From Patellaria atrata CBS 101060 (Eukaryota): DNA of 64,000 nt. A program made the translations under genes and the position numbers. A model generated the notes under the pieces. That model was not told the origin of the DNA. It saw only the letters and a program-made list of their open reading frames with translations, and searched no databases. Below are positions 44,200 through 54,600 of this stretch, one piece after another. Position 1 is the first letter of the stretch. The number at the start of each line of letters is the position of its first letter. The stretch spans positions 1,029,550 to 1,093,549 of the forward strand of contig MU006094.1 of assembly GCA_010093705.1 (NCBI GenBank), given 5' to 3'.

Positions 44200-47100
44200 A
44201 AGCGACCACAATCATCTGGTCCAACTCTGGCAGCGCCCGAATAAGGTAGAGTTATTATTGAGGATACCGGCCCCACCCCGAAATAGCGGAGAAGCTTCTT
44301 TTGAAGCTCCGACGGTGGAAAATTGCATTTTGCTGTCTTTGTCCCACTTCTGCATTGAAGTGCAATGTTGCTGGTTCTGAGTTAGGTCTAAGGGGGAGGG
44401 AGGGGAGGGGAGGGTTTATATATCCCCGCCAATTGCCTTCGTCATCCCCGTCGCTATTCACTTTGCACGTGATGGGGGTGGGGATATCATGAGATAGATC
44501 TGTCTCTCGATCTGTGAGTATGGTAGTCTGATCCCCATTCCCTATGCACGTGGTAGGTGGTGGGGATGTCATGGGGTTATAGCCTATCTCATGTTTGGAT
44601 GGATGGATGGATGGATGATACTCCTATCTCATTGGCGTCGTATAACTTCTCGGATAGTGTAGTGTGCTACCGGATACTGATAATGCTAAGTATTTATAAT
44701 AGCAATGATGATTGTGATCGTGCTGATCATCGCCACAAACTCCCTGTCACGGGTTAAGTGGCTTGGATGATCCAGTGGCTTAGTCATACTGTACTTTAGC
44801 AGAACAGCATATGCTGTCTCAACACTTTCTTTCCTTAAGTTTGAGCTTCAGGTACATATAGCAATATACCTTTCAGCTTCCATCTGAGGTTGAGCCATAA
44901 CACTCCCCACCTGTATCGAGTTGTCTCTTCTCGTTTCTCGTACTCAGAAGGAAGGAATATGGTATGAGAATTGAGATAAGAGACTTGACAATAGTTGTAG
45001 TGTTTGCTTTCGTATCTGGACCGAGGTCTCCTCTATAATATAATCTTTTCGATGCGGTGGACAAGGACAATACCGCGCCGTCTTATTTAGTGTTTTGGCC
45101 TGGGGTGGATGGTTGTTGAGTGGAGGTGGAGAGTATGGGGAGGGAAGGTATAACAGGCTAGAGCCTAGTGGTATGGGTTGCCCTACATCCGAAGATCAGT
45201 CAGTAATATTTCCCTCAAACCTACCCTCAGACTCTTCTCTTCTTCTTCATATTGATTGTAGATAGCATCTGGACTAGATAGTTGGAACACAATTACTAGA
45301 GGCCGCTCACAGAAGGGGGTTATGTTTTTGATACTGGCTGCAGGTTAGGGGTGATGTCATGCTTAAGCACAAGACAACCATAACACAAGACAGTTACAGC
45401 ACAAGACAGTTATAGCACAAGACAGTTGTAGCACAAGACAGTTGTAGCACAAGACAGTTGTAGCACAAGAGAAGTAGAACACAAGATGTCCGTAATACAA
45501 TCCAACGAGAGCATAAGGCGTCCGTAACACAAGACAGCTATACCAAAACACCTCCTTACCACAAGGCCCCTTAACACAAGACAGTCATAGCACAGCATCT
45601 CCTCACCACAACATCTCCTTACCATGAAACCCCTTCTTACAATACAGCTATACCACAAGACAGTCTTAATACAAGAACGTCATATCCCGATAGACCTATA
45701 TCGTGAAATCCAAGCGTACAATCCAAAGGGAAAATATCAGTGATGCTCACCATCCCCAACAAGCAACAACACTCCTCATCACCTTCATTCCTATTTCCCA
45801 TCCTCAGTATTCCTTGTTCTCATCTATCCCGCCTCATCCATCGCCTCCCCTCACCTCCCCCCTCAACCCTCTACTATCCGAACAGCACAGCCCCCATCAG
45901 ATCCACGATCCCGAGACCACAATCAACCGATAAACTTAGCGCTTTCAGCCCACCCAGCGAAAAGGGGGGTGCGTGATGATGCTCTCTTTCAACAACTGTT
46001 AGTGGAGGAGTGGTGGGGATCATCGCCTCCCCTAGAGCACCTGGACAATCACACTTGACACTTCCATTTCCTCTCCTACAAGAGAATAATAAATCAAAGA
46101 TGTTCCGGGCAGAGCACCACAATGGACGCCTGTGATGATCTTGGACAAATGTCGGAAGTATTTCATACAGTAACCGCAATGATACTCCTACATGCAAAGC
46201 TTCAATTCGTGCTCGAATGCGAAGGGGATGATGGGTTTGAGTTGAGTCGAGAGCTGAGAAGGGGGTTATTCATTTAAGGTAGTAGACTAGAAGCTTCCTA
46301 GGGGGGTGGGAACGGGTCAGGAGGTCACTGTATGCATGTTTTTAACGGTCATAAGGGCTCAGGGGGGACTCTGGGAAGGGGAAAGGGTCGTATGTTAGTA
46401 ATGCTGATCATCAGCTAAGGTCATACCGGTCGCCGTTATGGGTTATATATCAAATCAGGGGATTCTTTCTTGTGTTGGAGTTGGAAAACTAACGTAGGTC
46501 AAAGACATGCGCCCCAGAGACCACAGTGCGTGAACCTGATGAATATTTCAGCCGGGAAATAGGTTCGTTCTGCTTCTCTGATCCTAATCAGCTGCTTGCG
46601 TTTGTTCTTCTCGCAATTGAAGTGGATGGCTAGTTTCGAGCTTTGAGTTAAAGGAAGGAGGTTATATACTCATACTCCATCCTTCTTCGAGTCATAAGGC
46701 TACCTGTGGCATGTGATACTGTACAATCGCCGACGGAAAACCGGAAAAGGGGTAATATATTGGTGCGGCCCAGCACCTACGAAAGATGATGGTAGTGATC
46801 ATCATCCTCCATGAATATTCGCACTTCTGTCTTCTTCCTTACAGTACCGAGAAAAGGCATGGACGATACGGGGTCCCCGAGACGACAATGCGTTGCGTGT
46901 ATGTTTTTTGGAGCAACGAACCATCAAGATCTGAACTCCTCAAGCGGTCCAAATCCAAATTAATCGGACTTGTTGCAACATCACTTGGGTATTGAGAGAT
47001 TTTGGTTCTCAGTTCGAAGTGGAAGAGAAGGGTTTATATACCCCTAAGCTCCCCTTAACTTCCGAATTTGGGGACAATTATGATAGAGTGACGTCACGAC

Positions 47101-50100
47101 GTGAGAGCGAATATACACCTGTGATACTCACCATCTACTAAAGATAATGAGGATATTATTTTTCCTTCTCAAACACTCCATCCTCTAGGTTCGCTTCTAA
47201 CTTCCTAAGCCTCCCAATGAGAGTAATGATATTGAATTGGAGCGGCGCTCCAGAGAGCGGAGTGGCTTGTTCTCAGCATCCTCAAAGAAATCCGTCAACG
47301 CTTTTGGTTTTCCAACCCTGAACCGTATTCAGTGAAGTCTTTGTATCTTGCTTATCATGGAGTAAGAAGCAGTAATGTTAGTTTCTCAGTTGAGAGTCAA
47401 AAGGCAAGGGGTTTATACCTAAGTTTTGGACGTCCCTTAGCACTGATGTCATGAAGAGATCATTACACATGATTCAGGGGTATTTTAAAGGGGTAAAAAA
47501 AGGGGGTAAAGGGAACAGACCGTTAGAGTATGGGTGAGATATTGAAGATGCTCAATGTCTGTCGGAGGTAAATATGATGATTATCATCACTCCATTTATT
47601 TAGTTTCCATCTTCGTCCAGGAACAAATCTAATACTTTCCCTCAGGATTTGTTGGTCGAGAGCTCATAAGAGAGTTGATTGGTTTTGGCGTCCGAATCTC
47701 AAACAATAGATTTGATCTTGTATCTCAGGATTCGTGAACTTCACTTCATACACGGAATAGAATACTGGTTTCTGAGTTGGAAGCGGAAGACCGGAGGAAG
47801 GATTTATATACCTCAACTTCCCCTTCCGTTGGCATCACGGTCATATCGGGATATTTCGAACACATAAGACGCGATCCCACAACCAATCCAATGAAACGGT
47901 AGTTGTGCAGGCAATACCAACGCACCAAGCAAGCCCTGGGGGATGTTGTTTCTAAGGTGAACGCCTTACAAAGATGACTTGATATACCCGACATCTCTCT
48001 TCTATTCAATATCACGAGATACTACAGCATGTCGGGCGATAACGATAGGAAAGGGGAACATGCGGCGATGCTGCGCATTTACCTCCAACAGAGACGGTGA
48101 TTACCATCGTTTCAGACTTCTACTTTCAGAATCGCTGCATACCCAAAGCCTCTAACATGGTCTCTCGGAGTGCTTATCTCATCCCATTTCCCACCAATAA
48201 TAACAGGAACGGGGTGAAAGCAGAACGTCAGAATGGCTCTGTAATGTGGAACCAATTCTTCATCGCGACGTTATCTGCGACTTCTTCTTCCCTTTAGATT
48301 GTAATAGAGGATAGGTCTGGGTTTGTTTGAGGTTTAAGGGAAAAGGGTTTATATATCCAACATTCCCCCTTCATCGGCATAACTGGACCATTTACGGCAC
48401 GAGGTCTATGAATGCGCAACAGAACCGTGAGAACTGCTAAATCCCAACATCTATTGAAAACGGAGTTAACAGTTATCATCATCCTAGACTTCTCAGTGTC
48501 GCGACCATTTTCATATCCAGAACGCCCATTCAGTCTCCAAGTGCTTATCCCGCCCTTCACACCCAATAGGGTTAGACGTATGATCGTATGAGAAATGGCC
48601 TAGCGTAACAGACTCTTCAAGTGCAGCCAGAATGATCGAGATAGAACTCTAGCATTTGCTCTCGGTATGTTGGAGTAGAAGATGGATTTCTGAATTTGAG
48701 ATTAGGGGAGAAGGGTTCATATATTGATGACCTATGCGGTATTATGCATGGCATCACGAGATATACAGCATATTGATCTATGCCTCGGAATGCGGTAGAA
48801 AGGGGTTTCTCAATGTGGTGATGGTGAGTATCCGCCATTAGAGATTACGGTTGTTATGATTTCCAACTGATCGCTATCAAACCTTTCTTGCATTCACAAG
48901 TCCATAAGACCCCTTATAACGTAAGGATTCATAGGTCGAGCGACCACAATAACCAATACCCTGATACGGGTTCAGACACACGCCGCACACCAGAATACTA
49001 GATGATGATTTTTTTTAAATCCTATCCGTAATCTTTACGTTCCAAGAACATCTTCTCACGGCCGAGGTTGAGGTGGATGCTTTATATTAAACGGAGAAGC
49101 TGTGAGAGAACAGTTTATATATTCAGATCCATTTTCCCCGTAGGTCACGAATTATATGATGTACCCCATGTGGTTAACCCCTGAGCGTCCAGCAGTCACA
49201 TGATCGTTATTCCTTCTATCTTGCAGCTATAACAGAGATCTCCTTCTAAGGTTGAACATTTCCCATCTACTCAATTCACGAACCTTCAGCAGGGTTAAAA
49301 GGTAGAACACCAACAAGGCCCCTCTTATTTCGCGATTCTTAACTTCGATTTGGGTGGAACAGAAAAAAGGGATTAGCTTATTCGGCCGACTTGACCCAAC
49401 CAACATTGGCTTCTTTGAAATCTATGGATAGATGTTCCATAAACTATCCCAATGACCGGGGAGTACCACTACCACCTGAAGATAATCAACGCCATCACTA
49501 TAATCCCACAAATACGCAGTCAGGGAAAACATTTTTATTCTGAAATTCAACTGAGAGAAATTCCCAACGGTGAATGTTCCATAAATTCTTCATGTAGTGC
49601 CAAACAGCCAATTAAGGAAAGGTGCTTGAGCATGACCAATTGACTGGCTCGAGTATAGGTTAACCTCTCTCACAAGGTCGAAACAACTTGAAATGAAGTT
49701 GGAAGGAAGCTAAGGGATGAAGCTATATACCCTATCCTTACCGCAGTTGACCGCCTCATGCACCCACCCTTTCCCGTCATAAGATCCCAACCCAGACTGC
49801 CAGAGTGCAAGTGATACAGTTGGACTTCTATTTAAGTAGTTCTTCCTTCTGATATTCAATTCATTCGAAGTTCTATCCACCACTTTGCTCTACTTGGGAT
49901 TTCCGATAACGGATACGTTTCGCCTATTGGAGACCTTAAACGGCGCTGAGCTGATGACAGAGAGACACATGCATAGTACAGCAACGCAGTAGTATAGACT
50001 CAAGGTAGCTATCATCATCTTCCACTGAGTATTCTATCCGGCGACTCATATTGCCTGGCTAAACTTGGAACCTCAAGTGTGTAGGATATTGGCTCCACGC

Positions 50101-51650
50101 CTCACAATCTCGTCATTTCATGGTTCCGATTTTCCTACATATGATTTCCAAAAAAAAAAACGAATTGATCGCTTGTCAGATGCTTCCAATCTCATCTGAG
50201 TCTTGTTGGTTTCCCAGTTCTAGAGGAAAACCAAAAAAAGAAAAAAAAAAAAAAAGTGAAGAGGTGGTTATCTATACCCCTACCAAGCCCCTTACAAGCT
50301 GTCTAACGAGCGCAGAACATCAAGTGATATCCATCCCACGGCGCTGTACGCTTATACGTCATGGAGGTAATGACGACTAAGTTATCTAGGTCAGCTGGAT
50401 GGAAACTTTGGTAATAAAACCCTCTTCCATTAACCTTTAGCTCTGTTTAACTGCAACTGGAATGCTTCGTGAATTGCGTACAGCCGCCGAGAGATCAATT
50501 CCGAGCTCTTAACCCAACAACTATATCAATTGGGAGGAAGGTTCTGCTCTGTCTAACTTAGACGTGTTGGTTTTATGGCAGAACCTCTCCCTAGTCTTCC
50601 AGAAAAGGGGATGGTGACCATCTACTCTTGGTAGGATTGAGTGCGCTCACCACGGATTGACGGTGATCTCCCCTAGTACTCAAGCGAAACGCTTATGAAT
50701 TAAGTTTGGTACGAATGATAAAGGGTGAAATCAAAGTCGCTCTAACCCGGATATTATATTCATAAATCACTGCAAGCAACAACGAGCCCACAATGTGGCA
50801 TGTACAATGACGATTAACAAAGCACCCCCGGAGACTGTTCGATATGTAGTTGCAGCAGTCGTCGTAGAGGAGAAAGAGGAGGGATTTAAGTAAACCAAAA
50901 TCCTGCTCACAAACTACCTGCTCACCCATAGGAACTGACCTCGCTCCTATGACGTGCTCAAGCGATCATCTTCTGCCTAAATCTTATCATACGCATCTTC
51001 AAGCGTAGTAGTAGATAGTATTTAAGACCTTTCAACCGGAGACCACTTCATCTGTTCAACAACAAAGCACTCGGGAAAGATTGCATATCTGATAGGTTCT
51101 ATGGAAAATTTGGCCGGTTGGAACCGTAGAATAACCAGGAAAGAAGATTGTTCTCCGCGGGTGTCCAGAAAACACCTTCATTTGGAGAGGGTTTACCGTT
51201 TATCGTGACCATAGAACATGTGATAGAAGTTCAATCGAGGATTGATGATCAAAAAGACCAGCGAGTATTGATGGTCAACAGTACCAGCTTGGAGTGATGA
51301 TAACTTCCACGCTTCCGTCTTTTTAGACCTTATGGTCTAGAGTGATACGCCAGACCTGCACGGACCTGCCTGGCCATCTTATGAGAAATATTGGAGCCTC
51401 CAGAGCATCAGAATGGAGTACCATTTCAATCAAGCATCTGGCAGGTTTATTCATATCCTCCAAGAGCAACAACGAACGAATAACTGTTCTCCTAGATAGA
51501 TATTACTTCCCATCTTGGAAGTAAGTCCACTGGAGAAGAAAAGGACAGCAAAGAACAAGAGAACGGTGGGTTTTTACCCCTATCCGCAATTTTGAATAGA
51601 CTACGCGCCCTGTACCCCCCCAGTAGGACTCATTCACCGGTCATACATTT
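44200..51650 (-). repeat. Degenerate tandem array of promoter-bearing units (370-400 bp period in the core 46.1-49.2 kb)
   Basis: Plus-strand pattern GGTTTCTSAGTT-like, purine tract, GGGTTTATATA(Y)CC-like, recurring near 44412, 45148, 46263, 46660, 47030, 47408, 47800, 48345, 48713, 49113, 49721, 50266, 51568. Pairwise similarity is visible elsewhere in the units, e.g. 48011-48115 vs 48753-48866. Confidence 0.75.
45367..45675. repeat. 16-bp minisatellite (CACAAGACAGTTGTAG), degenerate towards the right
   Basis: ACAAGAC core recurs at 16-nt spacing; near-perfect over 45384-45470. Confidence 0.9.
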
Positions 51651-54600
51651 CATGGGCAATTCCCGGAAACGTCAAGAGTCACGTTTGCGTCCGTAGACTC
51701 CCGCAACGAGAATATAAGTCAAACTTCTTCCTCTTCCTCTCTTCCAAATCAAGTCCAAGTCCCTCCTTTTAAGTTCAACTCCCAGTAATCACTCTTCCGT
51801 TCCCCCGTTGCGTAATTGGTCAATGTCCGCTATTTCCTTTGTCGGCTATCCTATTCAAATTTCCTTACCAGTCTATGTTCGAATCCTATCAACACCAAAC
51901 TTCTACGCGGCGGCGAAACCCTTTTTCTTTTTTTCTTTTTCCTCTAAGATTTTATTATTTTTAAGTATTTTTATTTTTTGATAAGGGGAGAGCCGGATTT
52001 CATGAGATGTTGTTAGTTAGGGTTAGGTCTTTTGTATAGTGGCGTGTTCTATGAACACTCCCTTTTCCTTTTTATACTCTATATATTCCTGTACAATAAA
52101 TCCCCGCTACCATGGGTATCGGAAGATAATTATCACACGCAAGGGATGTAGGACGGTTTGTTCGACCCCCCTGCTCGAGTACAGTACAATTGCACGGTAC
52201 GTTCCACCAGGAGTGGGATAAGTGAGGTATGTGATATGGATGGACAAGATATTAATCCCCTTACCGCCTTAGACGAATCCGAAGATACGTCACCTTCTGC
52301 ATATCTAAGCGTTTCTCAACTGTACTGCTGTAGCGACTGAGATTTTGTTACAGCTCTTAGTTGTGGAGCGCGGAGATGAGATCCGCGTAATCGAGATATT
52401 GGATCATGGTATTCTCTTGTGTAAGAATGCGTCTTTTCCTTGATTTGGAGAGACTTGTTCATCTCTTCTATTTCCCAAGTCTTGGGAAAATTGTTGATGC
52501 TGATAGCTGATATTATCGAACGCTGGAGATGGTGACTATCTTTTGCCGCAATTGATTAGCGGAAACGTTATGAGATAGCCAAGGCTAATATCATTGAGAT
52601 AAATGGGTCGAGGCGCAAGGATCCTTTTGGCCTTACAAGGAGCTATTGACACTAAAAAAGAAACGCGAATCTGATAGTTTCTAGTTGCCTAATAGCGCTC
52701 TTTCCGAGATGGAATTAGACCGGATCGGAAATTGTCTTCTCAAGATGGACTTTCAAAGTCTAATGTGAGGAGATCTTATAGCTCTAGATATCCCTGAGCA
52801 CAACCCGCTACCACACTCAAAAGTCATTTGACATCGCCAGTCCCTTAGGGACTCGCTGCTCACCTACAACCATGCATTAGTATCATCATAACCTTAGCCA
52901 GGGGGTATAAAGCCCCTCCGTCTACAGCATCAATCCCATTACAGAAAGCCAGAAACGTTTCAGTAGTCCGGCCTTCGTACGTGTTCACAACCATGGATGT
53001 GACGCTGACTCACTGTGCCGTTCTACCCAGATGGAGAAAATGACTAAAATAGGGCAGTGTCTTTCACTTATTGCTTTTTTTGGTGTGGAGCGGAGCCCGA
53101 AGTACATGAATTAGGGAGGGCAGTTGAAGGAGTGTGACTGGGTTTTTGTTCGTGGACTGGATATTTTTCTGTTATGCGCTGGTGGGTATGAAAGACCTTA
53201 TCTGAACAGTCAAAACAATGATGATGATGATGACGATGACGATCTCAGAGTAGTAAAAACAATCATTGTCTACATCCATATATGGCGAATATAAGTGGCG
53301 AGACCTACGGTATATCGACTAGCGGACTCCGTTACCAGAAAGAATAGTCGTGACCTCGCCCGGAACAGACAACCACTCTATGCGGTTCACTTAGGACGAG
53401 GAGAATCGAGGAACTCGCTCAGTTTGGTCAAAGGCCCTCCACCTTTGAAAGAATCATAAGTATAATGATGTTCGGCTTTGGAAAGTTCTAGACCTACGGC
53501 AAGAGAACCTGGCTGCGCGGGGTTGCGTAAGGATAAGGAGCTATGGCTACATGCGATTTCATGTATGGCCTCTACTGACGGTCATCATAACAACTAGCCC
53601 CTACTGTAAGATCATAATAGGCCTCGATCCGGTCAGGTATACGATTGCTTACGTATCGCGTTCTCAGTCGATTATAATAGTAGGGGGGGCTAATGCTTAA
53701 GTTCCCCAATATCGGCATCCTGAGTGCAGTTATGTGATGGCGAAGGGGATTTCTGCAGAATCGTGCATCCACAACCTCGGGGTATAGTGGAATGGAGTCG
53801 AAATTCCATTGTCCGAAGCGCCTTCTAGAAAACCACAAGCGAAGTGATAAAAATAATGGATGAAGCCATAGATGCCATCACCGATTTTGTAAGGTCTAAG
53901 CTAAGCTGTGCGAGGTGGATAATGGCCTGACAATAATCTGTTTCATAAATAGATTGATTAAGGACGTAAGGAAGGACATCTACTTCTAGAAAAAAGGGTC
54001 CTGGATCTGAAAGGAGGATTATATCAACGAATCAATTGTATCGAGTCGGTCTGATGGAACTCATCTAGCGATTAGTGGAACCATTGTAAAATAGAGTATC
54101 GGACGACGGTAATGTGAGATAATGCCTGGTGCTCAGCGCCTAGTTCTTTCATTGTCACAGCATTGCTCACTTACTATACATTCTAAGGTAGTATTTGACT
54201 CCCCCGAATAACATAGTAGAAAATATGAGAATGGGGCCAAACCGAACATATTGTTAGACCGTGAAGATAGTCAAAGTTAGTTGATAGTCGGACTTATCAG
54301 CGGTTGTTCGACACGTGTAAAGAGACTGAGTAGTGTCAGCCTTGACGAGTGAGGATGGACACACTTCCAGTTGTTGAGTACTCAAATGAGTTATCTCAGT
54401 TCGTTGGACTCCGCTTCAATTATGTTACTTGATTATCTGTTACAAATCAAACCTTGTAAAGGCTTCGAAGCTGCACCGCATATCTAGCCGAACCGGTGAA
54501 AGTACATGCGTAGGTTGGATTGTGGTAGGATTTTTTGAGAGCATTAGAAGCTCGTACCATTGAATTGATAATGGTCAAAGATATCATCGACGATTGCAAC

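Noticed and set aside
45367..45675. CRISPR-like array
   Set aside because: Head-to-tail 16-mers without unique spacers, eukaryotic context and no cas genes; the Cys-rich ORFs over it are repeat artefacts.
44200..51650. Array of a-factor-like CAAX pheromone genes or of C/D snoRNAs
   Set aside because: The micro-ORFs do not end in CAAX, and box C/D pairs are not consistently present across units.
52012..52028. Telomere-like TTAGGG
   Set aside because: Only one perfect unit with partial flanks; expected by chance. No telomerase RNA template context.
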